39,508 bases of DNA from positions 1-39,508 of the IMG/VR virus record IMGVR_UViG_3300017648_000003, one strand, 5' to 3'. The DNA comes from a virus (lineage: Duplodnaviria > Caudoviricetes). The notes under the pieces are model-generated. The model did no database searches. It was given only the letters and a program-made list of their open reading frames with translations, and was not told where the DNA came from. The translations under genes were made by a program, and so were the position numbers. Shown here in pieces: positions 1-7,451 of the stretch (the stretch's first letter is position 1; the number at the start of each line of letters is the position of its first letter).

Positions 1-123
1 GGCGTTTAGCCGCTCCGTTTCCGAGTCGGTCTCCGGCTCCGCCTTCGCGCGGTGGAAATCCGCGTCGGTCTTCACCGTCCTCCGCCGGGAGCGGGCCGCG
101 TCCGCCATCCCGCGAACGTCGAC
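1..123. repeat. Terminal direct repeat (circular-contig overlap), left copy
   Basis: Bases 1-123 are identical to 39386-39508, and an ORF reads in frame across the join. Confidence 0.95.
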
Positions 124-1038
124 CAGGTTGTAGCGGTTTTTGATCCACGCCTTCAGGAGCGTGAAGAGAAGCCCGACAGTACGGGCTTCTCCCCAGGCGA
201 TCGCGTAATCCAGAGTCGCGTCCAGCATGTCGAGCGCGGCGTCCTCGGCGGCGCCCGTCTTCTCACGCCAGTAGTCGACGTACCCGGCGAGCGTCTTGCC
301 GAGCGCCGGGGTGTCGTCCGCCGGGAATGCGGCGCGGGCCTTGGCCGTCAGCAGGGGGAGCGTGACGCGATCCGCGGGAGGGCGACGGATCGGTTCGAGG
401 TTCCGCCGCCAAGGATTCGTTGTGGGCGATTCTGGGGCCTTTGGCGCGGGCGGCGGTCCCGCGGGTTCCGGGGTCGGGAGCGAAGCGGAAAACGACAACG
501 ACGCCCCTCTGTCGTCTGTCGTCTTTTCTCTGTTTTCCTTATAGAGGGGGTCCGGGGGGGTGGTCATTTCTGACCTGCATAGTGGTCGCGGATGACCAAC
601 ATGGTGGTCATTTCTGACCTGCATAGTGGTCGCGGATGACCGCCCTGAATCCTCCGGAAACAGTGGGAGCTGGTCTTCAAATGACGGCTCGCGGGCGATC
701 CGAGGCCGGCCAGACAGGAGAGTAAACGCCATGCACGTCGCGCGGCGGCCAGCCAGCGCGGGAAGGCGGACCACATAGCCGGCGTCTTGGAGGTTCTTGT
801 AGGCCCGCTGTACTTTTGACACTGAACAGTGCAGGGATCGCGCTGTTTCCCGAAGGGTGGGAAATCGTTCCGGCGTTTTGCGGAGCCAGGAGGTGAGCCA
901 GCCGAGCAGCCTGACGGCGGCGTCGGAGAGCTGCGCGTCCTCCCACATGGGTTCCGGTGCCAACGTGAACGGCCAAGGCTCATCCAATGGCACCGGCGGA
1001 CGCTGGGCGCGGCGTGTGCGCAAAGCGAGCGACGACAT
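1..1038 (-). CDS. Replication initiator (N-terminal wHTH, lambda O-like organisation), 5' part; continues across the join to 38555, 622 aa in the circle
   Basis: Manual translation from ATG 1038 (MSSLALRT...LSDAAVRLLGWL...FPTLRETARSLHCSVSKVQRAYKNLQDAGYV) has no stop down to base 1 and is in frame with ORF 38555..39493; iterons lie mid-gene. Absent from the ORF track because it runs off the contig end. Confidence 0.8.
   Translation of the reverse strand, partial: MSSLALRTRRAQRPPVPLDEPWPFTLAPEPMWEDAQLSDAAVRLLGWLTSWLRKTPERFPTLRETARSLHCSVSKVQRAYKNLQDAGYVVRLPALAGRRATCMAFTLLSGRPRIAREPSFEDQLPLFPEDSGRSSATTMQVRNDHHVGHPRPLCRSEMTTPPDPLYKENREKTTDDRGASLSFSASLPTPEPAGPPPAPKAPESPTTNPWRRNLEPIRRPPADRVTLPLLTAKARAAFPADDTPALGKTLAGYVDYWREKTGAAEDAALDMLDATLDYAIAWGEARTVGLLFTLLKAWIKNRYNLVDVRGMADAARSRRRTVKTDADFHRAKAEPETDSETERLNA
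559..641. repeat. Iterons / probable replication origin
   Basis: Exact 39-bp direct repeat (559-597, 603-641) made of four 22-bp-spaced units, each with GGTC-N6-GACC dyad symmetry, inside the rep gene. Confidence 0.8.
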
Positions 1039-1055
1039 TGATTAGTTTCCTAGGC

Positions 1056-1092
1056 GCCGGTCGCGGGTCGCTCACTTTTGCAGGGTGGGACC
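1056..1092 (-). promoter_or_regulatory. rep leader stem-loop (loop CCUGCAAAA), putative antisense-RNA target
   Basis: GGTCCCAC-CCTGCAAAA-GTGAGCGACC lies about 20-55 nt upstream of the rep ATG; near-identical copy at 39237-39266. Confidence 0.65.
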
Positions 1093-1321
1093 GCTCGGGC
1101 GCGTAAACGGGTTTTTCGGTCTCAGGTCTCGGTTGCTTCCGCCCCAGGCCTTGCTGGGACGGTCGGTCTCATTGATACATCGTTGGGTCAAGACTAACAA
1201 GACTGGAGCCCCCCTCCCCTACCCTTTACCGGACCAGTCGGCGCGGAAAAGGCGACCGGGAGGCCCCGGCCCGCAAACTTTGGCGGGCCGGTTTTGCGGC
1301 CGGCGGCTTAGGTGGCCGATA

Positions 1322-2083
1322 TCAGCCACCTCCGCCCCAGCCCGGGGCCGGGTGGCGGGTCAGCTCGCGATACAACCAGTCGACCTGGTCGCGGTCGAGC
1401 TCGACGATCCGGCCCATGTTGTGTTGCTTCGCGAGCGACAAGAGCCGCTCATCGTGGCCGTGCTTCCGGCTCCAGCCCATCAGTTGCCGGCCGTCGGTCG
1501 GGGCGTCCGACCGCCCGCCCGACCGGGACGGGGGACCACCGGAGCCGTTGCGGCGCGGGGGCGGGCCGTCGTAGCCGTTGTGCTCTCCCCCGCCGCCGCG
1601 AACCGGCGGGGGTTCCGGCGCCGGGGCCGACCGGCCAGCCATTCGCGTGATTTGGGCTTCGGCCTCCGGGTGAGCGCGCTGCATCCGCTTGATTTGACCG
1701 CGGACCATCCGCTCCAGCGACCCGTACCAGATTCGCCCGTGCTGGATCAGGGCGTCCGGCGTCTTGACCAGATCGTCGTCGATTTCGATTTCCAGCTCCG
1801 CCCCCGCGCCGTCCGATCCGTAGCCGGGCGCCCCGACCTTCCGATGGATGCAAAGCTTGAGTTTCATCAGCTTCACCCGTTCCGTTCCCGTGTTCCGTTC
1901 TCCGGATCGACCGGCCCGTTGCCCACCGATCCACCGTTCCCCGCATTCCAGGCACTTCCACCGCGTGACCCAGCCGATTCGGCGGTCCTTATGCGGCGGC
2001 CGTTTGACCGCCTGGCCGGGGCAGGTTGACCCCGGCTGGCGATCCGAGTGTTTCCAGGGCCCGCGGGGGGCGTCAATCATCAT
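1322..2083 (-). CDS. Planctomycete-type conserved protein (KLKLCIHRKVGAPGYGSDGAGAELEIEID motif), possibly with an N-terminal Zn ribbon; alternative starts 1876/1867
   Basis: Motif resembles the RKVGxPxYGSxGAxxxLExEL family I recall from Planctomycetota mobile elements; ATG 2083 overlaps the upstream stop. Confidence 0.6.
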   Translation of the reverse strand: MMIDAPRGPWKHSDRQPGSTCPGQAVKRPPHKDRRIGWVTRWKCLECGERWIGGQRAGRSGERNTGTERVKLMKLKLCIHRKVGAPGYGSDGAGAELEIEIDDDLVKTPDALIQHGRIWYGSLERMVRGQIKRMQRAHPEAEAQITRMAGRSAPAPEPPPVRGGGGEHNGYDGPPPRRNGSGGPPSRSGGRSDAPTDGRQLMGWSRKHGHDERLLSLAKQHNMGRIVELDRDQVDWLYRELTRHPAPGWGGGG

Positions 2084-2507
2084 CCCGGTCCCGGTCCGAG
2101 CCGACGCGGGGGTCCTTGACCACCCGGACGGCCTCGACCGACCGGCGGGGCATGTCGCGGAACGAGCCCAACTCCCAGAGCTGATAGGCCGCGTCGTCGG
2201 CGAGCTCGTCATCAGGGCCGGTGGCGATTCGCAACGCGATGTTGATCAGATTCACCCGGGCCGGCCGCCAGGGGGCGGGGCTCGTCTCCGCCGGGGCGGT
2301 GATTGCCTCGAGCGCCGCCGCCGCCAGAATCGCGGCTTGGCCGCCCAGACGGTCGACCGCCTTGACCAACCGGCGAAGGTCGCGGGCCGCCTGGCAGCCG
2401 CGGCAGCGGCCGGAATCGCGGTCGGCGGCCGGTTCCTCCCGGCAATCCCGACAGGCGGGGACGGCGTCCGTGTTGGCGAAGAGCGGGGTTTGTAGTAGAG
2501 TGGACAT
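2073..2507 (-). CDS. Zn-finger (CxxC...CxxC) hypothetical protein
   Basis: CRDC/CRGC pairs; AAAGGAAAG RBS before ATG 2507. Confidence 0.7.
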   Translation of the reverse strand: MSTLLQTPLFANTDAVPACRDCREEPAADRDSGRCRGCQAARDLRRLVKAVDRLGGQAAILAAAALEAITAPAETSPAPWRPARVNLINIALRIATGPDDELADDAAYQLWELGSFRDMPRRSVEAVRVVKDPRVGSDRDRDDD

Positions 2508-2582
2508 TGTCTTTCCTTTCGCGTGAGGTGAGAGCGAGAGCACTCCAGGGCCTCGGACGGTGGCTGCCGTCCGGGGCCTTTT
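2508..2582 (+). ncRNA. Putative cis-antisense RNA covering the RBS of the 2073..2507 gene
   Basis: TTGGCG(2473)-17 bp-TAGAGT(2496) promoter; 12-bp hairpin 2549-2578 followed by TTTT. Confidence 0.55.
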
Positions 2583-2597
2583 CCATTTCCGGGCCGG

Positions 2598-2924
2598 TCA
2601 GGCCCCTTGGGCGAGCGCTCCGTGGTAGCCGGAGTCGAAGGCGACCAGCTCGTCGAAGTTCGGGAACCGGCCCAGCGTCGTCTCGATCGCCTCCAGGGCG
2701 GCGAGGCGGGTCGCGTTCTGCCAGCCGTAGGGCAGCCCACAGGCGGGGTCATTGGCCCGGTTCACCGCGTCGGCGCCCGCCCGCCAGCCGATCACTCGGA
2801 GGGCGTGGGCGATCTTCTCGGTCGGCACCTGGTCGCCGAACCGGCCGGCCAGGCTCAGCGTCGAATCGGCCAGGGCCTCGGCTTTGCGGTCGCGGGCAAC
2901 TCGGGGCATGGTGGCGGTCGTCAT
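2598..2924 (-). CDS. Hypothetical protein, first gene of the leftward early operon
   Basis: Protein-like ORF directly downstream of the promoter at 2968-2997. Confidence 0.65.
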   Translation of the reverse strand: MTTATMPRVARDRKAEALADSTLSLAGRFGDQVPTEKIAHALRVIGWRAGADAVNRANDPACGLPYGWQNATRLAALEAIETTLGRFPNFDELVAFDSGYHGALAQGA

Positions 2925-2967
2925 CGTCTGGGGCTCCGTGTTTGGGGTTCGTTTGACTGACGAGACC

Positions 2968-2997
2968 ATCTTACCGCCGTTGCTACTCAGTAGTCAA
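2968..2997 (-). promoter_or_regulatory. Leftward sigma70-type early promoter
   Basis: TTGACT-18 bp-TAAGAT; palindrome CTACT-C-AGTAG (2983-2993) overlaps the spacer. Confidence 0.65.
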
Positions 2998-3004
2998 TAC
3001 TCCT

Positions 3005-3022
3005 GTGAAGATTTTTCTTCAC
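3005..3022. promoter_or_regulatory. Operator-like inverted repeat between divergent promoters
   Basis: GTGAAGA-TTTT-TCTTCAC. Confidence 0.55.
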
Positions 3023-3024
3023 GG

Positions 3025-3053
3025 TTGCCGGTGTCAGTGGACAGCGGTATCAT
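3025..3053 (+). promoter_or_regulatory. Rightward sigma70-type promoter
   Basis: TTGCCG-17 bp-TATCAT upstream of the RHH gene. Confidence 0.6.
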
Positions 3054-3105
3054 TCTGGGTGGCGGCGGTAGATTCGGTTACAATCCCCACCGGAGCGCAT
3101 GACGA

Positions 3106-3351
3106 ATGACAGTTGCAATCCTGAGTCGGAAAATGGCCGAACCGAAAACAACCTCCGTGAAGCTGACAATGGAAGCCGTCGAGGCGGCTCGAATCGCGGC
3201 GGCGTTCCGTGGAAAGACCCTCTACGAATACGCCAGCGAGGTTCTTCTAGCGGCGGCAAACCGCGATATTGAAGAAGGCTACCGAGAGCGGCAGGCGGGC
3301 AGTCCGGCCCGGCCGAAGAAGGGCGGGAAGGGGAAAGTGGAATCGGGCTAA
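3106..3351 (+). CDS. Ribbon-helix-helix (Arc/Mnt/CopG-like) regulator, candidate repressor
   Basis: TTSVKL ribbon followed by two helices separated by G (AAAFRG-KTLYEYASEVL); divergent from the early operon. Confidence 0.7.
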   Translation: MTVAILSRKMAEPKTTSVKLTMEAVEAARIAAAFRGKTLYEYASEVLLAAANRDIEEGYRERQAGSPARPKKGGKGKVESG

Positions 3352-3463
3352 CCGCCACGCCGATTCAATGAACGGATGGCCATTTCGAACTTGAAGTCGC
3401 TGGTAGAATCGCGCATAATCCGTGCGCGTTTTGACAGGTTCTGCGGCTCCGAGGTCGAAATTT

Positions 3464-4093
3464 ATGTTCCAGACTGCCCTGTTCCCGGAAGTGGAAATCC
3501 CCGAAGAGGAGTTGAATCGGCGGCTTTCGCCCTACTACCCCAAGCTTTGGGATATTGTCAATCATCCCTTTGAGGATTTAAAACGGCGGCGGGCATCCGA
3601 CGCGGGTTTCAGGGTGCTGGACGAAGGCGAGTCCGCTCAATGGTTGCGACCCCAGATTATCGAACGCGCGAGGCACACCTTTCGCGACGATGATTCGGTG
3701 AGCGTTATCAAGAGGCGCAATCAGTATTACCTGGCCTTTGGCGACGACTTCTTGGTCGTTCCCAAAAAGCTGAGGCGCGAGCACTTAAGGAATCGTCTTA
3801 CCTTCAGCAGCTACAACACAAACCAGAACTCCAAGTTTTGGTTGCAGCAAGAAATCGAGGGCTTGCCTGATCTCCCCCGGTTGATCATTGGCTATCTGTT
3901 CATCCGGGAGATGACGGAAATTCAAACCTGGGTCGCCTACCCGCGTGGGAAGTCCGACGGCCTGTATATTCTGGTGCCGGATCAGGGAGGAGTCATCGGG
4001 CTTGCCGCGTCCGAAGTGGACGACGATCGGTTCGATGAAGACCTGGGGTTCCAGGTCAAGCCAAAGAGGAAGGCGTTGCCGGAAACGGGTTGA
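3464..4093 (+). CDS. Putative toxin of a RosmerTA-like pair
   Basis: KKL...FSSYNTNQNSKFWLQQEIEG...LIIGY pattern that I associate with genes upstream of XRE-M78 fusions; lower GC; 3 nt from the next gene. Confidence 0.55.
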   Translation: MFQTALFPEVEIPEEELNRRLSPYYPKLWDIVNHPFEDLKRRRASDAGFRVLDEGESAQWLRPQIIERARHTFRDDDSVSVIKRRNQYYLAFGDDFLVVPKKLRREHLRNRLTFSSYNTNQNSKFWLQQEIEGLPDLPRLIIGYLFIREMTEIQTWVAYPRGKSDGLYILVPDQGGVIGLAASEVDDDRFDEDLGFQVKPKRKALPETG

Positions 4094-4096
4094 GAC

Positions 4097-5146
4097 ATGA
4101 GGAAATTCAATTCCGATATGCTGGTGTTGGCGAGAGATCGCTTGGGGCTTTCGCAGTCCGCTCTCGCGAAGATGACCGGGATTGGACAGGCCAGGATCTC
4201 CCGATACGAGTCAGGAATGCTGGCTCCGCCGGGCGAGCATCTGGAGAAGTTCGCGCGGGCGCTTGACCGCCCGCTCTCCTTTTTTTTTCTGGGCGAGCGA
4301 GCCTACAACGCGAGCGCCACTTATCACCGAACGCGCAGGAGCCTCACGGTTGGAGAGGAACGCCAGATCCAGGCTCAAGTGAATGAGATGCGGATTCACG
4401 CATCGGTTCTACTTAATGAGGCCGAGATCGAGAGCCGCTACAGCTTTTACCGGCTGCCGCTGGATGACGGTGGGCCGGAGAAGGCGGCTCAGATCCTCAG
4501 GCGACTCTGGCAACTGCCGACCGGTCCGATCCGATCCGTGGTGGGCTCCATTGAACGGGCCGGCGGCCTGGTGTTTCGGTGCCCGTTCGACACCGACAAA
4601 ATCGACGGCGTTAGTCAATGGCCGCTGGATTCGGACCACGTTCCCCCGGTCCTGTTCGTCAGGGACGATGTTCCGGGCGATCGCCAGCGGTTCACGCTTG
4701 CCCATGAGATTGCCCACGTGGTTCTACATCATCTTCCGACCGACGATCCGGAGGGCGAGGCGGATCGGTTCGCCAGCGAGTTCCTCATGCCCGCCGAAGA
4801 AATCGAAACAGAGCTTTCGGGTCTTACGCTCAGAAAGGCGGCCGCCCTCAAGTGCTACTGGAAGGTGTCGATGGCCGCCATCATCCGGCGGGCGTTCGAC
4901 CTCGGGAAGATAACCGAGCGGCAGTATCGATACTTCAACGCCGAGCTTTCCCGCTTGGGGTATCGGAAGTGTGAACCGGCCCCAATACCGCCCGAAGAAC
5001 CTCGGATGCTGCAAGAGATCCTCAGGGTCCATCGCGTGTCGCACGGTCGAAGCACCGATGAGCTGAGCGAGCTGATGGGTTTGTACGCGGACCAGTTCAC
5101 GGGGATTTACGGCCATGACGGGCCGAGGCTTCGAATCGCCGGCTGA
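4097..5146 (+). CDS. XRE HTH plus ImmA/IrrE (M78) metallopeptidase fusion
   Basis: N-terminal HTH (LSQSALAKMTGIGQARISRYESG); RQRFTLAHEIAH and EADRFASEFLMP motifs. Confidence 0.92.
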   Translation: MRKFNSDMLVLARDRLGLSQSALAKMTGIGQARISRYESGMLAPPGEHLEKFARALDRPLSFFFLGERAYNASATYHRTRRSLTVGEERQIQAQVNEMRIHASVLLNEAEIESRYSFYRLPLDDGGPEKAAQILRRLWQLPTGPIRSVVGSIERAGGLVFRCPFDTDKIDGVSQWPLDSDHVPPVLFVRDDVPGDRQRFTLAHEIAHVVLHHLPTDDPEGEADRFASEFLMPAEEIETELSGLTLRKAAALKCYWKVSMAAIIRRAFDLGKITERQYRYFNAELSRLGYRKCEPAPIPPEEPRMLQEILRVHRVSHGRSTDELSELMGLYADQFTGIYGHDGPRLRIAG

Positions 5147-5166
5147 AGCGGAGAGGCGGTGCAAAG

Positions 5167-5445
5167 GTGAGTGAAAACCCGGGAGAGGCGTTCGAGCGGC
5201 ACATGCGGGAGCCCGATCCGGTCCCGAAACCGGGCACGGAGGAGCATTTCGAGTCGTTCCGGGAGTTCTTGGAGGAGTTGTTCGGCGTCGACGCCCACCT
5301 GGTCGAACTGGTCCCCGGCGAGCCCGAACCCGGCGAACCGGAGGGGTTTGTCCGGATGAAGATGCGGGGGCCTCAGGAGATGATCGAGCGGGTCCACGAG
5401 GAAATCATTCGGCGGAGCGAGGAACAGGAAGGCGGTGGGGAATGA
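5167..5445 (+). CDS. Acidic hypothetical protein
   Basis: GAGG RBS, Glu-rich, ATGA overlap with the next gene. Confidence 0.65.
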   Translation: MSENPGEAFERHMREPDPVPKPGTEEHFESFREFLEELFGVDAHLVELVPGEPEPGEPEGFVRMKMRGPQEMIERVHEEIIRRSEEQEGGGE

Positions 5446-5747
5446 GCGGCCAGCGCGTGGAGATTCCCGGCGTCGGCGAGTGTTACGAGGCTGACAAGTC
5501 GACGATCGTGGTCATGACCCCGCAAGACGACGCGCCGCCGGAGGTCCGGGGTTGCGTTGTGATGTCGGTAGAGGGTCCAGCGCTGGCGTTGCCGATGACG
5601 ATGACCTACGACGACCCGGCCGCCTTGGATCGGACGATCTCGCGGTTGATCGCGGCCCGGGAGGCGGCCTGGGGCGTCAAGCCGGACTGCCAGTGCCCGA
5701 AGTGCCGGGCCCGGCGGGCGGCTGAGTCCGGGGAGGCGGGTCGATGA
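5442..5747 (+). CDS. Hypothetical protein (C-terminal CxCxxC)
   Basis: ATGA-coupled on both sides. Confidence 0.7.
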   Translation: MSGQRVEIPGVGECYEADKSTIVVMTPQDDAPPEVRGCVVMSVEGPALALPMTMTYDDPAALDRTISRLIAAREAAWGVKPDCQCPKCRARRAAESGEAGR

Positions 5748-6076
5748 ATCCGTGCGGGAATTGCGGCCGGGCCGTGGTATCGCTGGTGGTCACCAGCGAT
5801 GAATGGAACGCGATCTGTTGGGAATGCCAGGAGGAGGGCCGGAGGATGCCGTCTCCCGAGTCGGCGGAGGCGGTCTGGAACGAGGCGAACCCGATCCCGG
5901 AGCCGATCAGCCCGGAAGTCGCGTCCCAGATCAGTGTCCGCGCCGTCGCCGCCGTGGCGGTCAGCGCGATCCGGACCGCGGAAGCGGACGGCCCGCTGGA
6001 CGACAGGTCGGCCCGCGCCGCCGTCCGGAAGGCGATCGGTGGTTACTTCGCGGCCCTTGCCAGGCCCGGCCGATGA
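5744..6076 (+). CDS. Lar-like Zn-binding protein
   Basis: PCGNCG...CWEC...AEAVWN pattern resembling the Lar restriction-alleviation family. Confidence 0.5.
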   Translation: MNPCGNCGRAVVSLVVTSDEWNAICWECQEEGRRMPSPESAEAVWNEANPIPEPISPEVASQISVRAVAAVAVSAIRTAEADGPLDDRSARAAVRKAIGGYFAALARPGR

Positions 6077-6219
6077 CGGCCAACTGGCTCCGCGCCGCCC
6101 TGGCCGTGGCGGCGGCCCTGATCCCGTCCGTCCGCCGGGAGCTGGACCGGGACGACCGACGGCGGGAGGCGGCCCGGGAGCGCGCGTTCAGCCGGGAGCG
6201 GCGTCAACGGCGGCGCTGA
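6073..6219 (+). CDS. Small protein, hydrophobic N-terminus and Arg-rich tail (48 aa)
   Basis: ATGA overlap with the previous stop. Confidence 0.45.
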   Translation: MTANWLRAALAVAAALIPSVRRELDRDDRRREAARERAFSRERRQRRR

Positions 6220-6422
6220 AACAGGCCGCCCAGCAGGCGGGCGGCGCGGACGACGAGCCGCTCCGGGAACCGGGGGAGCGGGATCGAGGCGACGTGCTCG
6301 CCGTCGAGCCGGAGCCGGCCGAGGGCCTTGCAGCGGGCCTCGGCGTCGGCCCAGTCGCGGGCGTGGATCTCCAGACCCCACCGGGCTCCGTCCCAATCGT
6401 AGTGGCAAAGGTACCGTTTCAT
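6204..6422 (-). CDS. Small phage protein (MKRYLCHYDWDGARWGLEIHA...)
   Basis: Protein-like composition, AGAA/GGA purine run upstream, head-to-head with the YegP gene. Confidence 0.65.
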   Translation of the reverse strand: MKRYLCHYDWDGARWGLEIHARDWADAEARCKALGRLRLDGEHVASIPLPRFPERLVVRAARLLGGLFQRRR

Positions 6423-6452
6423 GGGATTTTCTTGGGGAGGCATGGGATTCTG

Positions 6453-6626
6453 ATGTGTTTTGCGATCTACAAGGACGCCAAGGGCGAATTCCGCTGGCGG
6501 CTCTGGGCCGCCAACTCGAAAATCATCGCCACATCCGGTGAAGGGTATCACAACAAGTCCGACTGTGAGCACGCGATCCAGCTCATCAAGGACGGCGCGG
6601 CGAAAGCTGCGGTTATCGAGGTTTGA
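6453..6626 (+). CDS. YegP/DUF1508 family protein
   Basis: FAIYKDAKGEFRWRLWAANSKIIATSGEGY signature; GGAGG RBS. Confidence 0.9.
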   Translation: MCFAIYKDAKGEFRWRLWAANSKIIATSGEGYHNKSDCEHAIQLIKDGAAKAAVIEV

Positions 6627-6746
6627 CCCGGGGCGGCCCGATCGCGGGCGCTGAATATTCCCGGGGGCGGCGATGTATATTCCGGTCGCGGGGCATAATT
6701 GGGCGTGATCGCTTGACGCCCAGCCACCCGACCGGAGACCGCGCCG

Positions 6747-7025
6747 ATGTATTTCAGCAGCGCCGAGGCCAAAGAGGAGTTGGACCGAATCGTCGTCGAG
6801 GCCCTGGGGCCGCTCGCCAGCGAAGCCGCGCCCGAACGGGTCGAGCTGGCCGGCGAGGCGCTGGCGGCCGGACTCCGGGCGTTCCACCGCCGGCTCCACG
6901 CCCCGGACCCGCCCCCGAAGCAATGCCCCGGCCCGGAAGCCAGTCCGGACACCGCCGCCGCGGCCCCGGATTCCGACGGCTGGTCGAACAAGCGCGGCCA
7001 GGCCCCGGAGCCGGCCAGGCGCTAG
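6747..7025 (+). CDS. Hypothetical protein
   Basis: GGAG RBS, helical N-terminus. Confidence 0.55.
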   Translation: MYFSSAEAKEELDRIVVEALGPLASEAAPERVELAGEALAAGLRAFHRRLHAPDPPPKQCPGPEASPDTAAAAPDSDGWSNKRGQAPEPARR

Positions 7026-7086
7026 CCCCGTCCGGTCCCCGCCGTCCGGTCTGGTCCCGGCGCCCCGGTTCCGCTAAGATCCGCCG

Positions 7087-7224
7087 TCCGCCCGCTTCGG
7101 GCGGCGACCGGCCCGGGCGTTTTTTGCTGGCGCCCCGGCCGCAACGGAGTCGCCCGTTCGGCTGATCCGAGCCGTTCGGCGTCAATCCGCCCGGGTGGTT
7201 CGGGGACGGCCGCCCGGGCGTTTT
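7087..7224 (+). ncRNA. Putative multi-hairpin sRNA A
   Basis: TAAGAT -10 at 7075 (weak -35); hairpins ccgcccg/cgggcgg and gggcgtt-TTTTGCT-ggcgccc; terminal hairpin 7188-7220 plus TTTT. Confidence 0.45.
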
Positions 7225-7242
7225 CGCGCGCCCTCGGCGCGC

Positions 7243-7329
7243 AAAAAAAGCCGCCGCCGGCCCCCCAGGTGAGAAGGGGCCGACGGCGGCGAAACGGCCG
7301 GGGTGGGCGCTAGCAGCAGCCCGGCCAGT
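7243..7329 (-). ncRNA. Putative sRNA 1 with its own promoter and intrinsic terminator
   Basis: TTGACC(7364-7359)-17-CAAAAT(7341-7336); two hairpins; T7 tail. Confidence 0.65.
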
Positions 7330-7451
7330 TATCCCATTTTGCCCGCGCGTCGCATCTTGGTCAAATGCAACCGGGCATGAAATTCCGCCGCCGATCCCCG
7401 GGTTCCGGAGGCGGGCGGCGGTCGATGTGTCTGGAGGGGCGGGCCCGCGCG

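Noticed and set aside
1-123. Biological terminal repeat of the packaged genome
   Set aside because: Falls mid-gene and is of assembler-overlap size; more likely a circular-assembly artefact
52-983. ORFs 52..573 (+), 564..983 (-) and 677..976 (-)
   Set aside because: They overlap the rep frame starting at 1038, which carries the wHTH signature
3431-3460. Perfect TTGACA as promoter of the toxin gene
   Set aside because: No acceptable -10 at 16-18 bp; TGgTAGAAT at 3401-3409 is a better but unproven candidate
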